DNA from: an uncultured Thermoleophilia bacterium
GTDB taxonomy: Bacteria; Actinomycetota; Thermoleophilia; UBA2241
NCBI GenBank assembly: GCA_963702475.1
Contig: CAVPCT010000003.1
Span: 1,056,001 to 1,120,000 of the forward strand
DNA: 64,000 bases
Reading direction: 5' to 3'
A program made the position numbers and the translations under genes. Under the pieces are notes generated by a model that worked only from the letters and a program-made list of their open reading frames with translations, was not told where the DNA came from and did no database searches. Positions 1 through 10,271 of the stretch are shown here, piece after piece. Each line of letters begins with the position of its first letter. Within the stretch, counting starts at the first letter, position 1.

Positions 1-357
1 GGCGAGGGCGGGCGCTGGCCGGGCCTCGGCGTGCTGCCCGGCACCGTCGAGCGGCTGCAGACCACCCTCAAGGTGCCGCACATCGGCTGGAACGAGCTCG
101 ACTGGACGGCCGCGGGGGCGGGCATGGCCGCCGGGCTGCCCGCCCGCCCGGCCGTCTACTTCGTGCACTCGTACGCGGCCGTCCCTTCCGATCCGTCCGT
201 CATCGCCGCCACCACTGACTACGGCTCTCGCGTGGTGGCGGCCGTGGCGCGAGATACCGTGTGGGCTGTACAGTTCCACCCCGAGAAGAGCTCGACCGTG
301 GGTCTGGCGCTGCTGGCCACCTTCGTGGCCCGGGCCCGGCAGGAGGCAGCCTCGTGA
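1..357 (+). CDS. hisH: Imidazole glycerol phosphate synthase glutaminase subunit (5' truncated by window edge)
   Basis: KVPHIGWN, YFVHSY and QFHPEKS motifs; directly upstream of hisA and hisF. Confidence 0.96.
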   Translation, partial: GEGGRWPGLGVLPGTVERLQTTLKVPHIGWNELDWTAAGAGMAAGLPARPAVYFVHSYAAVPSDPSVIAATTDYGSRVVAAVARDTVWAVQFHPEKSSTVGLALLATFVARARQEAAS

Positions 358-1079
358 TCGTCTTTCCGGCAGTCGACATCCAGGGCGGCAAGGCCGTCCG
401 CCTGCGCCGCGGCGATTTCCGCGACGTCACCGTCTTCGGTGACGACCCGCTCGAGCTCGCGAAGATGTGGGAGGCGCGGGGGGCGGAGGCTCTGCACGTG
501 GTCGACCTCGACGCCGCCCGCACCGGCGACCTCGCCAACTTCCCCCTCGTGGAGCGTATCGTGCAGACGCTCTCCATCCCGGTCGAGTACGGCGGGGGCA
601 TCCGCAGCGCGGAGAGCCTCGACGCGCTCGCCGCGCTCGGCGTGCGGTGGGCGGTCATGGGCACCGCGGCGGTGACCGCAAGGGATCTCCTCGACCTGGG
701 CGTGGAGCGTCTCGGCGACCGCCTCGTCGTGGGTGTGGACTGCAGCGAGGGCATGGTGGCCACGCACGGCTGGCAGCAACGCTCGTCGATGAGCGCCACG
801 CACTTCGCGCGCATCCTCACCCAGCACGGTGTCGGCCGCATCGTGTACACCGACACGTCCCGCGACGGCATGCTGGGAGGTCCCGACCTGGTCGGGCTCA
901 AGGAGCTGGCCGAGGCCACGTCGCTCGAGATCGTCCTGTCCGGCGGCATCGCGATACTGGACGACCTCCGCCGGCTGCGCAGGCTCGCCCTGCCCAACGT
1001 GTGCGGGGTGATCGTCGGGCGTGCCTTCTACGAGGACGCGTTCACGCTGGCGGACGCCCAGGCCGCCGTGCGCGCCTGA
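354..1079 (+). CDS. hisA: ProFAR isomerase
   Basis: [37 protein letters not shown]; GTGA overlap with the hisH stop. Confidence 0.95.
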   Translation: MIVFPAVDIQGGKAVRLRRGDFRDVTVFGDDPLELAKMWEARGAEALHVVDLDAARTGDLANFPLVERIVQTLSIPVEYGGGIRSAESLDALAALGVRWAVMGTAAVTARDLLDLGVERLGDRLVVGVDCSEGMVATHGWQQRSSMSATHFARILTQHGVGRIVYTDTSRDGMLGGPDLVGLKELAEATSLEIVLSGGIAILDDLRRLRRLALPNVCGVIVGRAFYEDAFTLADAQAAVRA

Positions 1080-1095
1080 GCCTGGGGGTCCCGCC

Positions 1096-1893
1096 GTGCA
1101 CATGAAGCGCGTCATCCCGTGCCTCGACGTGCGCGACGGCCGCGTGGTCAAAGGCGTGAACTTCGTCGACTTCCGCGACGCCGGCGACCCTGTCGAGCTG
1201 GCGGCCAAGTACGACGCCGAGGGCGCCGACGAGATCGTCTTCCTCGACATCACCGCCTCGCACGAACGGCGCGACATCATCGCCGGCCTCGCGGCGCGCT
1301 GCGCGGAGCAGGTCTTCATCCCCTTCACCATCGGCGGCGGGCTGGCGAGCGAGGATGACGTGCGCATGATCCTCCAGGCCGGCGCCGACAAGGTCACGAT
1401 GAACACGGCCGCGGTGCAGGACCCCGAGCTCGTCCGGCGCTGCGCGGAGCGGTTCGGGGCGCAGTGCATCGTGGTGGCCGTCGACGCCAAACGGGTGCCG
1501 GGAAGTGGGGAGGACGGTCGCCCGCCCAGGTGGCAGGTGTATCTGCACGGAGGGCGGACGCCGACGGGGATCGACGCCGTGGGCTGGGCGGTGCGCGCGG
1601 CCGAGCTCGGCGCCGGGGAGTTCATGCTCACGAGCATGGACCGCGACGGTACCCTCGACGGGTACGACCTCGAGCTCACACGCGCGGTGGCGCGCGCCGT
1701 CGACGTACCGGTGATCGCCTCGGGGGGCGTCGGTACTCTGCAGCACCTCGCCGACGGGCTCACGCTGGGCGAGGCCGACGCGGTGCTGGCGGCGAGCATC
1801 TTCCACTTCGGGACCTACTCGCTGGCGGAGACCAAGCGGTACCTCGCCGCGCGGGGCATCCCGGTACGCGTTGCGGAGGGGCAGGCGCCGTGA
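1096..1893 (+). CDS. hisF: Imidazole glycerol phosphate synthase cyclase subunit
   Basis: [42 protein letters not shown]; start is GTG 1096 or ATG 1102. Confidence 0.97.
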   Translation: MHMKRVIPCLDVRDGRVVKGVNFVDFRDAGDPVELAAKYDAEGADEIVFLDITASHERRDIIAGLAARCAEQVFIPFTIGGGLASEDDVRMILQAGADKVTMNTAAVQDPELVRRCAERFGAQCIVVAVDAKRVPGSGEDGRPPRWQVYLHGGRTPTGIDAVGWAVRAAELGAGEFMLTSMDRDGTLDGYDLELTRAVARAVDVPVIASGGVGTLQHLADGLTLGEADAVLAASIFHFGTYSLAETKRYLAARGIPVRVAEGQAP

Positions 1894-2636
1894 GCGGTGG
1901 GGGTGGGGCGGCGGGCGCCGGCGGGCCGCCGGCCGGGGCCGCCGGCGAGCGCCCGAGCCGCGTGGACCTTCGCGCTCTCCGGACTGCGCAGGACCTCGCG
2001 CGCCTGGCCGCGGACGTGACCGCCGCGCGCCTCGTCTGCTTCCCTACCGACACCGTGTACGGGGTCGGCGGCGCGCTCACGCCGGCCGTCGCCGCGGCCG
2101 TCATCGCCGCCAAGGGGCGCGATGAGGGCAAGCCGCTGCAGGTCGTGTACCCGGCCCTCGAACTGCTGCGGACGGCGGTCCCGCTCGGCCCGCGCCTCAC
2201 GGACGCCGTGCGGCGTCTGCTGCCCGGGCCGTTCACGCTGTTGGTGCCGTATCCGGCCGGTCTCGAGTTCCCGCCCCCGGGCAGCGTGACGCACGAGACG
2301 CCCGGCGGCGCCTCCCGTGAGGTGCTGACCCTGGGCGTGCGCGTCCCACGCTGGCCGGCCGGCGCGGCTGCGCTGGCCGGCCTGCCCTTCGCGCTGCTCG
2401 CCTCGAGCGCGAACCCGAGCGGAGGGGTCGCTCCCGGCAGCCTCGGCGCCGTCGACCCGGGGCTGCTCGCGTCCTGCGACCTCGTGCTCGACGCCGGCTG
2501 TGTGGGCGGGCTCGCCTCCACGGTGCTCGACCTGAGCGAGTACGAGGCGACCGGCAGGTGGCAGGTGCTGCGCCGGGGTGCCGTGGCCGAGGATGAGGTG
2601 GCGGCGCTCCTGGCGGCGCCCTACGAAGGAGCATGA
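1890..2636 (+). CDS. tsaC: L-threonylcarbamoyladenylate synthase (YrdC/Sua5 family, single domain)
   Basis: [37 protein letters not shown]; GTGA overlap with hisF. Confidence 0.9.
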   Translation: MSGGGGAAGAGGPPAGAAGERPSRVDLRALRTAQDLARLAADVTAARLVCFPTDTVYGVGGALTPAVAAAVIAAKGRDEGKPLQVVYPALELLRTAVPLGPRLTDAVRRLLPGPFTLLVPYPAGLEFPPPGSVTHETPGGASREVLTLGVRVPRWPAGAAALAGLPFALLASSANPSGGVAPGSLGAVDPGLLASCDLVLDAGCVGGLASTVLDLSEYEATGRWQVLRRGAVAEDEVAALLAAPYEGA

Positions 2637-2637
2637 G

Positions 2638-3540
2638 ATGAGCCGACTGCTGTCGTTCGTACAGGTGGACGTGTTCGCCGAGCGCGCCCTGGCCGGCAAC
2701 CCGCTGGCCGTGTTCCCCGACGCCGCGGGGCTCACCGGGGAGGAGATGCAGGCCATCGCCCGTGAGATGAACCTGTCCGAGACGACGTTCGTGACGCCGC
2801 CGGAGGGGGACGGGTCGGCGCGCGTGCGCATCTTCACCCCCGAACTGGAGCTGCCGTTCGCCGGCCACCCGAGCGTGGGCACGGCCTGCGAGCTGGTGCG
2901 CCTCGGAGTGGTGGAGGCTCGCGAGCGGGTCGTCCCGGTGGTGCTCGAGCTCGGTGTCGGTCCGACGCTGGTCGAGGTCGAGATGGTGGGAGGAGCGCCG
3001 GTGGGCGCGACGGTCCACCAGGGGGTGCCGCGTTACGGCGCCGAGGTGCCCCGCGCCCGGGCCGCGGAGCTCTTCGGTCTCGGCCCGGACGACCTGCACC
3101 CGGAGCTGCAGCCGTCCGTGGTGGACACGGGGCTCGCCTACGCGATCGTGCCACTGCGCGACCGCGCCACGCTCGCGGCGCTCAGCCCCGTCCTCGGCCT
3201 GTTCTCGGCCTTCGAACACGAGTACGCCGAGGTTTACGCCTGCGCCTTCACAGGCGAGGACTCGCCGTGGGTCGAGGCCCGAGGTCTGTTCCCCAACTCG
3301 GGCATCCCGGAGGACCCGGCCACGGGGAGCGCCGCCGGGCCTCTGGCGGCGTACATGGCGCGCGCCGGACGCCTGCCGCCGGGCGAGCGGCGGGTCGTGC
3401 TCCAGGGCGCCCGCATCGGCCGCCCGAGCCATCTGACGGTGGCCGTGGAGGGCGATGCGGACGACATCACCGACGTGCTGGTGGGCGGCCGGGTGTACCC
3501 CGTCTTGCGCGGAGAGATGGAGCTGCCGGACCGCGCCTGA
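2638..3540 (+). CDS. PhzF-family isomerase
   Basis: VDVF..GNPLAV, NLSETTF, RIFTP..ELPFAGHP, EDPATGSA. Confidence 0.92.
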   Translation: MSRLLSFVQVDVFAERALAGNPLAVFPDAAGLTGEEMQAIAREMNLSETTFVTPPEGDGSARVRIFTPELELPFAGHPSVGTACELVRLGVVEARERVVPVVLELGVGPTLVEVEMVGGAPVGATVHQGVPRYGAEVPRARAAELFGLGPDDLHPELQPSVVDTGLAYAIVPLRDRATLAALSPVLGLFSAFEHEYAEVYACAFTGEDSPWVEARGLFPNSGIPEDPATGSAAGPLAAYMARAGRLPPGERRVVLQGARIGRPSHLTVAVEGDADDITDVLVGGRVYPVLRGEMELPDRA

Positions 3541-3548
3541 GCGGACGT

Positions 3549-3578
3549 CCGCCCGGGCCGCGCGGCCGGCCCGGGCGG
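3549..3578 (+). terminator. GC-rich hairpin after the phzF-like gene (possible terminator, no U-tract)
   Basis: 12-bp perfect stem CCGCCCGGGCCG / CGGCCCGGGCGG just after the stop codon. Confidence 0.4.
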
Positions 3579-3682
3579 CGATGCCGACGACCTGGGGGTC
3601 GCAGGCGCCGGCTCACCGGGCGGCGTGGCCCGCGGGACCCGCGGGCGGCGGCCGCCGCAAGCCGGAGGCCGGCCCTCCGGGC

Positions 3683-3691
3683 TGGTAACAT
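3683..3691 (+). promoter_or_regulatory. Putative extended -10 promoter for rpiB-glyA operon
   Basis: TGGTAACAT, an AT-rich island in a GC-rich intergenic region about 70 nt upstream of rpiB. Confidence 0.5.
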
Positions 3692-3763
3692 AAGGCGTTC
3701 CAGACAGGGCCGCGGCGCTGCGTCGGCGGCCCTCCCGCACGCCGCCGAGCGAAAGGACCCGTC

Positions 3764-4210
3764 GTGAAGATCGCCGCAGGAGCCGACCATGGCGGTTTCG
3801 CCCTCAAACAGGCCGTGGTGCGCCGCCTGCGCTCGCAGGGACACGAGGTCGTCGACGTGGGCACCGACTCCGAAGAGGTCTCGGTCGACTACCCGGACTT
3901 CGGCCACAAGGTCGCGGCCATGGTGGCCGCCGACGAGGCCGAGCGGGGCATCCTCTGCTGCGGCACGGGGCTCGGCATCTGCATGACCGCCAACCGGCAC
4001 GCCGGGGTGCGCGCCGCCGACTGCTTCACGCCGCACCTTGCGGAGATGGCGCGCCGCCACAACGACGCCAACGTGCTCTGCATGGGCGGGCGCATCCTCA
4101 GCGAGGACGAGGCCTGGGCCATCACCGAGGTGTTCCTGAGCACGCCGTTCGAGGGCGGCCGCCACGAACGCCGCATCGCCCACATCGAGCTGGAGGAGCC
4201 CGCCTCGTGA
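3764..4210 (+). CDS. rpiB: Ribose 5-phosphate isomerase B
   Basis: GADHGG, DYPD, CGTGLG, ARRHNDANVL, FEGGRHERR. Confidence 0.96.
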   Translation: MKIAAGADHGGFALKQAVVRRLRSQGHEVVDVGTDSEEVSVDYPDFGHKVAAMVAADEAERGILCCGTGLGICMTANRHAGVRAADCFTPHLAEMARRHNDANVLCMGGRILSEDEAWAITEVFLSTPFEGGRHERRIAHIELEEPAS

Positions 4211-5475
4211 GCCCTGTCGGCCGCGAGTGGCGGCGTGAGCCCCTCTACCACCTCGACCCGGAGCTCAACGAGCTGCTGCGGCTCGAGCTCATCCGTCAGC
4301 AGGAGACCCTGGAGCTCATCGCCAGCGAGAACTTCGCCAGCCGCGCGGTGCTCGAGGCCACCGGCTCCGTGCTGACCAACAAGTACGCTGAGGGCGTGCC
4401 GGGAGCCCGGTACTACGGCGGCTGCGACATCGTCGACCGTGTCGAGCAGCTCGCCATCGACCGCTGCAAGGCGCTGTTCGGGGCCGAGCACGTCAACGTG
4501 CAGCCGCACTCGGGGTCGTCGGCCAACCTCGCCGCGCTCTTCGCCGTCATGGAGCCCGGCGACACGCTCCTGGCCCTGGAGCTCACCCACGGCGGGCACC
4601 TCACGCACGGCATGGCGCTCAACTACTCGGGCCGCACGTACAAGGTCGTGCCCTACCACGTGTGCCGCGACACCGAGACCATCGACTACGACGAGGTCCG
4701 CGCGCTGGCGCTCGAGCACCGTCCGAGGCTCATCATCTGCGGCTACAGCGCGTACCCCCGCATCGTCGACTGGGCCGCCTTCCGGGCCATCGCCGACGAG
4801 GCGGGTTCCCTGCTGCTCGCCGACATCGCCCACATCGCCGGGCTCATCGCCGCCGGGATGCACCCCAACCCCGTGCCGCACTGCGACATCGTCACCAGCA
4901 CCACCCACAAGACGCTCACGGGGCCGCGCGCGGGGCTCATCATGTGCAGGTCCGAGTACGCCCGGGCGATCGACAAGGCGGTGTTCCCCGGCATGCAGGG
5001 CGGCCCGCTCATGCACGTCATCGCCGCCAAGGCGGCCTGTCTCAAGATCGCCCAGAGCGAGCAGTTCCACAGGCTCCAGCGGCAGATCGTCGCCAACTGC
5101 GCCGTACTGGCGCAGACCCTGGCCGACGGCGGACTGCGCCTCGTCTCCGGCGGCACCGACGTCCACCTCGCGCTGCTCGACCTGCGCGGCACCGGCCTCA
5201 CGGGCCTGCAGTACCAGGAGCTGCTCGAGAGCGTGAGCATCACGGCCAACCGCAACGTGGTGCCGTTCGAGGAGGGCTCCTTCAACGTGGCCAGCGGCCT
5301 GCGCGTCGGCTCGCCGGCGGTGAGTACGCGCGGCTTCATGGAGGCCGAGATGCGCCAGACCGGCGAGCTCATGCTGCGCGCCCTCGGGGCGCGCGACAAC
5401 GAGGCTGCGCTCGCCGAGATCCGTCGCGAGGTGCTCGATCTGCTCGACCGCTTCCCGCTCTACGAGTTCCTGTGA
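4207..5475 (+). CDS. glyA: Serine hydroxymethyltransferase
   Basis: [37 protein letters not shown] (PLP Lys), QGGPLMH. Confidence 0.98.
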   Translation: MSPVGREWRREPLYHLDPELNELLRLELIRQQETLELIASENFASRAVLEATGSVLTNKYAEGVPGARYYGGCDIVDRVEQLAIDRCKALFGAEHVNVQPHSGSSANLAALFAVMEPGDTLLALELTHGGHLTHGMALNYSGRTYKVVPYHVCRDTETIDYDEVRALALEHRPRLIICGYSAYPRIVDWAAFRAIADEAGSLLLADIAHIAGLIAAGMHPNPVPHCDIVTSTTHKTLTGPRAGLIMCRSEYARAIDKAVFPGMQGGPLMHVIAAKAACLKIAQSEQFHRLQRQIVANCAVLAQTLADGGLRLVSGGTDVHLALLDLRGTGLTGLQYQELLESVSITANRNVVPFEEGSFNVASGLRVGSPAVSTRGFMEAEMRQTGELMLRALGARDNEAALAEIRREVLDLLDRFPLYEFL

Positions 5476-5936
5476 GCGCCGTCCACCACGATCGCCCCAG
5501 CTGGGACGAGTACTTCATGCAGCTCGCGCGTCAGGCGGCGACGCGCTCCACGTGCCTCCGGCGACAGGTGGGCGCCGTACTGGTCCGTGACAAGCGCATC
5601 CTCGCCACCGGCTACAACGGCGCCCCCCGCGGGGTCTCTCACTGCCTCGACATCGGCTGCCTGCGCGAGCAGCTCGGCATCCCGTCGGGGGAGCGGCAGG
5701 AGCTCTGCCGGGCCATCCACGCGGAGCAGAACGCGGTGATACAGGCCGCCGTGCACGGCGTGGCCATCGAGGGCGCGACGCTGTACACCACTCTCCACCC
5801 TTGCGTGCTCTGCGCCAAGATCCTGATCAACTGCGGCGTGAGCGAGATCCACTACGTCGAGGGCTACCCCGACGATCTCTCGCGGGAGCTGCTGGCCGAG
5901 GCCGGCGTGGCACTGCACAAGGAGACCCTGCCATAG
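5472..5936 (+). CDS. dCMP deaminase / ComEB-like protein
   Basis: [37 protein letters not shown] zinc motifs. Confidence 0.93.
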   Translation: MSAVHHDRPSWDEYFMQLARQAATRSTCLRRQVGAVLVRDKRILATGYNGAPRGVSHCLDIGCLREQLGIPSGERQELCRAIHAEQNAVIQAAVHGVAIEGATLYTTLHPCVLCAKILINCGVSEIHYVEGYPDDLSRELLAEAGVALHKETLP

Positions 5937-7216
5937 ACGGTCCCCTGCTGCTGGACAGCCCGGTGCGCACCGCGATCCTGGGCTTCCTGGTCGCGGCCGC
6001 GCTGGTCTTCGTGCTCACCCCGCTGATGAGCCGCCTGGCGCATCGCACCGGCGCCATCGACACGCCCACCGACGGTCGGCGCATGCACGAGATGGCCATG
6101 CCGCTCCTCGGCGGCCTCGGCATCTACCTGGCGTGGATGGTCTCCGTGATGGTCTTCGTCAAGGTCGACCGGCCGGTGTGGGGCATCATCGGCGGTGCGA
6201 CCATCGTGGTGGCCGTCGGGCTCTTCGACGACCTGTACGAGCTCGAGCCCATCGTCAAGTTCATCGGCCAGCTCCTCGCCATAGGCGTGGCCATCTACTT
6301 CGACATCCAGGTCAACCGCATCGGTATCCCGTTCACCGACCTGATGTGGTACCTGCACCCGGTGGTCTCCGTCGTCGTGACCGCCTTCTGGATGGCGATG
6401 ATCGTCAACATGGTGAACTTCATCGACGGGCTGGACGGGCTCGCCGCCGGGGTCTGCGGCATCTCGGCGCTCACCTTCTGCATCATCTCGCTGAGCACCA
6501 ACTTCCCGGCGGCCGGTGTCGTCGCCGCCATCCTCGCGGGCGCTACGTTCGCCTTCCTGCGCTTCAACTTCCACCCGGCCAGCATCTTCATGGGCGACGC
6601 CGGCTCGATGCTGCTCGGGTTCGTCCTCGCCTGTCTCAGCGTCCAGAGCGTGATGAAGGGGACGGCGGCCATCGCCCTCGTCCTGCCGCTTCTCGTGCTC
6701 GGCGTACCGTTCGTCGACCTCTTCCTCATCGTGTGGCGCCGCTGGCAGCGGGGGGTGCCGTTCTACTCGCCGGGCCAGGATCACGTGCACCACGACCTCG
6801 TGCTGGTGCACGGCTTCTCGCAGCGCAAGAGCGTGCTGCTGTTGTACACGTGGTGCATCCTGCTCAGCGGCCTCGCGATCGCCATCCAGCGCGAGAACAG
6901 CTGGGGCAAGATCCTGTTGGGGATCGGCGCCACCGTGGCGACGGTCTACATGCTGCAGCTGCTCAGCCGGTATCGTCTCAACCAGCGCGGCCTGCCGGAC
7001 CCCCTGGCGCCGGGCGTGGGCAAGAACCCGCCGCTGTCGGAGGCACCCGCTGTGACGTCGGGCGGTCCCGCCCCCGGTCCCGGTGACAACGGTCGCCGCT
7101 CACCGGCGACCCCAGACGATGCGGCGACCGGCGACGCCGCGGCCGCGGCTCCGCGGGACAGCCGAGCGCCGGCTGACAGCGAGACGCCGCCGGACGCGCC
7201 GTCCCCCGGCGCCTGA
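5933..7216 (+). CDS. Undecaprenyl-phosphate GlcNAc-1-phosphate transferase (WecA/TagO, MraY family); start uncertain (ATA 5933 or GTG 5963)
   Basis: Multiple TM helices, [29 protein letters not shown]; low-complexity Pro/Ala tail. Confidence 0.9.
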   Translation: MDGPLLLDSPVRTAILGFLVAAALVFVLTPLMSRLAHRTGAIDTPTDGRRMHEMAMPLLGGLGIYLAWMVSVMVFVKVDRPVWGIIGGATIVVAVGLFDDLYELEPIVKFIGQLLAIGVAIYFDIQVNRIGIPFTDLMWYLHPVVSVVVTAFWMAMIVNMVNFIDGLDGLAAGVCGISALTFCIISLSTNFPAAGVVAAILAGATFAFLRFNFHPASIFMGDAGSMLLGFVLACLSVQSVMKGTAAIALVLPLLVLGVPFVDLFLIVWRRWQRGVPFYSPGQDHVHHDLVLVHGFSQRKSVLLLYTWCILLSGLAIAIQRENSWGKILLGIGATVATVYMLQLLSRYRLNQRGLPDPLAPGVGKNPPLSEAPAVTSGGPAPGPGDNGRRSPATPDDAATGDAAAAAPRDSRAPADSETPPDAPSPGA

Positions 7217-7233
7217 CCGGCTCTTGCGGCGGC

Positions 7234-8520
7234 TCAGGCGGAGCCGCGGCCCAGGTGCGAGGCCAGGCGTGGGCCCCGCGTCCCGAGGCCGAGCTTGCGG
7301 CGCAGGTTCTTGCGGTGGAACGACACGGTGGTGGGGGAGATGTACAGGGCCTCCGCGATCTCACTGGTGCTGCGGCCCTGCCTGATCAGGCCGGCGATCT
7401 CGCGCTCCCGCGGTGTGAGCTGCGCACCCCCCTCGCCGGCCGGGTTCAGCGCCTGCGCGAAGGGGCTGACGACCTCGCGCAGCGCCTGTGCGGCAGCCTC
7501 CAGGTAGATGGTCTCCGGCGTGCCGGCCAGCGGCTTGGCCAGGCGGCCGAGCATCGGCAGTACCATGGTCTCCACGTTGTCCGTGATGGTCCGCTCCAGC
7601 TCGGCCCGGTCGCGGTTGCGTTGCTCGAGGATCACGCGCAGCGCCGTGTTGCTGTCCGAGAGGGCGTCGGCCTGACGCCGCAGCGACGCCTCCGACTCCT
7701 CCAGGGCCAGGCGCAGGGTGCGGTGGTCGCTGATGTCCGTGCCGAGGGCGAAGCAGGTCGTGGCGCCGCGGAAGCGGCACGGGACCAGTGTCACCGTGAG
7801 CGCCTTGACGGCGCCGCCCAGCTCGAGCTCCAGCTCGAGCGAGGTGGCGGCGCCCGACGCCGTCGCGTCGCGCACCGCGGCGAGTGCGGCGCGGCCCCAC
7901 ACCTCGCCCACGCCGTGGCTCAGCAGCTGCGCGCGGCTCGTCTCCAGAAAGAGGACGCCGGCGGCGTTGGCGTCGACGAAACGGCCCCGTTCGTCGATCA
8001 GGTAGGCGGGGTTCACGGCGTTCTCGAAGAGCGTGCGGTACAGCTCGGCGGCTTCCAGCAGGGCCCGCTGCGCCTCGAGCTCGTGGGTGATGTCGCGGAT
8101 GGCGCCGACCATGTGCGTGACCGTGCCGTCCTCGTCCTTGAGCACCACGCCACGATCACTGACCTGGACGTAGGTACCGTCCTCGCGCCGCATGCGGTAC
8201 TCGTCGCGGTACAGGCCGCCCTCCTGCACGACGGTCTCCACCAGTCGCACGGTGGCCCCGCGGTCGTCGGGATGGAGCCGGTCGAGCCACGCCGCGAAGG
8301 CACGCGGCATGCCGTCGGGCGGTAGCCCGAGCAGCGCGTCCATCTGCGCCGAGAACTCCATGTAGCCTGTACGGATGTGCCAGTCGTAGTAGGCGTCGTA
8401 CACGGAGTCGACGAACGCGCTGAAGCGCGACTGCGCCGGCGGCCGGCGGTCGGGGCGCGGGATGGGGTCGTCCAGCGACGGCAGCGTGAAGGCGATCCGC
8501 GGCGTTTCTTGCGTGTCCAT
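7234..8520 (-). CDS. PAS-PAS-LuxR HTH one-component transcriptional regulator
   Basis: PAS_3-like WLDRLHPDD..EYRMRREDG, second PAS domain, coiled coil, C-terminal LTPREREIA..STSEIAEALYISPTTVSFHRKNLRRKLG; divergent from the redox operon. Confidence 0.92.
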   Translation of the reverse strand: MDTQETPRIAFTLPSLDDPIPRPDRRPPAQSRFSAFVDSVYDAYYDWHIRTGYMEFSAQMDALLGLPPDGMPRAFAAWLDRLHPDDRGATVRLVETVVQEGGLYRDEYRMRREDGTYVQVSDRGVVLKDEDGTVTHMVGAIRDITHELEAQRALLEAAELYRTLFENAVNPAYLIDERGRFVDANAAGVLFLETSRAQLLSHGVGEVWGRAALAAVRDATASGAATSLELELELGGAVKALTVTLVPCRFRGATTCFALGTDISDHRTLRLALEESEASLRRQADALSDSNTALRVILEQRNRDRAELERTITDNVETMVLPMLGRLAKPLAGTPETIYLEAAAQALREVVSPFAQALNPAGEGGAQLTPREREIAGLIRQGRSTSEIAEALYISPTTVSFHRKNLRRKLGLGTRGPRLASHLGRGSA

Positions 8521-8553
8521 GGTCCTCCCGGTGGCCGGTGAGGATGCACGTAG

Positions 8554-8621
8554 TGAGAGGCAAAGACTCTCAGTAGACCCCCATAGTACCCTCTTTTCTT
8601 CGTCGCGTCGGTCGCTAGACT
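8554..8621. promoter_or_regulatory. Divergent promoter region with candidate operator
   Basis: Inverted repeat TGAGAG-N7-CTCTCA (8554-8572); candidate -10 TAGACT at 8616-8621. Confidence 0.35.
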
Positions 8622-8735
8622 CAGGGCGACCCGCCGGGCCTCCTCCCGCGCGAGCTCAGTCCCGTCACTCCCGAAGACCCAACGCCGCCGTGGCCTCCGC
8701 GGCCGGACCCGCCGCAGAAAGGAGTCGATGGATCA

Positions 8736-10271
8736 ATGGCAGTCGCACCGACCATCTACGGAGCCGTCACCGAAGAGGTGATCGCCGAGCTCAGGGCGCT
8801 GCTCGGCGAGGAGAACGTGCTCACCGACCTGCACGAGCGGGCCATGCGCGCCTTCAACTGCGCACCGGCGCCGCTCCACCGCTGGGCCGACCAGACGCCC
8901 GACGTGGTGGTGCTGCCGGGCGGCACCGACGACGTCGTCGCCATCCTCAAGCTCGCCGACGAGCATCGCATCCCGGTCACCCCGCGCGGCGGCGCCTCCG
9001 GCCTCGCCGACGGCGCCATGCCGCTGCGCAAGGGCATCTGCGTGGACATCAAGCGCATGAACGAGGTCTTCGAGATCGACGAGGAGAACTCGTGCGTCAC
9101 GGTGGGCACCGGTATCAACCCGCTCAAGCTCAACGAGATCCTCGAGCCGCTCGGCAAGTTCTTTCCGGACGACCTCGCCGGGTACGCCAACGCCGTCATC
9201 GGCGGGCGCATCGGCTGCGGCGGCTGGACGCTCATCGGCGGCCGCTACGGCCACATCCCCGACACCGTCATCAGCATGGAGTGCGTGCTGCCCAGCGGCG
9301 AGGTGATCTGGGTCGGCGGCGGCGGCACCAAGAAGGTCCGCAAGAGCTCCTCCGGGTACCGCCTCAAGGACCTCTTCATGCAGCACCAGGGCACGCTGTG
9401 CATCGTCACGCGCGCCGTGCTCGAGCTCTACCCCAAGCCCGAGGTGGAGTTCGCCGGCTACTTCGCCTTCGATAACTGGGACGACTCCTACGCCGCGCTC
9501 TACGACGTCACCACCAAGGGCTTCGGCACGATCTCCTCGGCGATGATCTTCGACGACCGCAAGATCGACTTCCTGCGCCGCGACGACGAGGCCTTCATTC
9601 CACTCCACAAGGACGTGAAGTTCGTCAATCTCTTCACGTTCTACGGCCTCAAGTGCGAGGTCGAGCCGGCCGTCAAGGAGGCCTTCCAGATCATGAAGAA
9701 GCGGGGCGGCACGTACCTCGGCCCCGAGCAGGGCGAGGGCGACTGGGCCTCGCGCCACGACCGCTACCACCTCTCGTACCACGGCCGCACGCCGGACGGG
9801 CAGGCCACCCTCATGAGCTGGCACTGCGAGGACACCGCCGCCGTGCACTCCGAGCTGCCGGCCCTGCGCGTCAAGTTCCACGAGATCGTCGACCGCTACA
9901 TGCAGGAGTACCCCGGCGTGTTCGACGACTGGGGCATCTTCATCTACACCAGCAACCCCTTCAAAGGCTGGGGCGACTATCTCATCGAGATCGACGTGGG
10001 GGTCGCGGAACTGCAGTACAACGACGAGACCTGGGACGCCTGGATACGCATGAAGAAGGAGATCGCCAACGCTGCCGTGGACCACGACGCGTCGGTCTCC
10101 ATCTGCCACGGCTCCTGTCGCGAGGGCGACGACGACGTGGCCATGCACCGCGAGATGTCCAACGGCCAGTTCGAGATCATGAAGAAGATCAAGCGCCTCA
10201 TCGACCCCAACAACATCATGAACCCCGGCAAGTACTGCCTGGACGAGGCGTACGACGAGGTGTCCCGATGA
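8736..10271 (+). CDS. FAD-linked oxidoreductase (VAO/PCMH fold, GlcD / D-lactate dehydrogenase-like), substrate unknown
   Basis: PDVVVLP, VTPRGGASGLADG, KSSSGYRLKDLF..QGTLCIVT, C-terminal IKRLIDPNNIMNPGK; SD AAAGGAG. Confidence 0.9.
   Translation: MAVAPTIYGAVTEEVIAELRALLGEENVLTDLHERAMRAFNCAPAPLHRWADQTPDVVVLPGGTDDVVAILKLADEHRIPVTPRGGASGLADGAMPLRKGICVDIKRMNEVFEIDEENSCVTVGTGINPLKLNEILEPLGKFFPDDLAGYANAVIGGRIGCGGWTLIGGRYGHIPDTVISMECVLPSGEVIWVGGGGTKKVRKSSSGYRLKDLFMQHQGTLCIVTRAVLELYPKPEVEFAGYFAFDNWDDSYAALYDVTTKGFGTISSAMIFDDRKIDFLRRDDEAFIPLHKDVKFVNLFTFYGLKCEVEPAVKEAFQIMKKRGGTYLGPEQGEGDWASRHDRYHLSYHGRTPDGQATLMSWHCEDTAAVHSELPALRVKFHEIVDRYMQEYPGVFDDWGIFIYTSNPFKGWGDYLIEIDVGVAELQYNDETWDAWIRMKKEIANAAVDHDASVSICHGSCREGDDDVAMHREMSNGQFEIMKKIKRLIDPNNIMNPGKYCLDEAYDEVSR

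Noticed and set aside
354-1079. Bifunctional PriA
   Set aside because: A separate trpF is present in the trp operon, so ordinary HisA is the simpler call.
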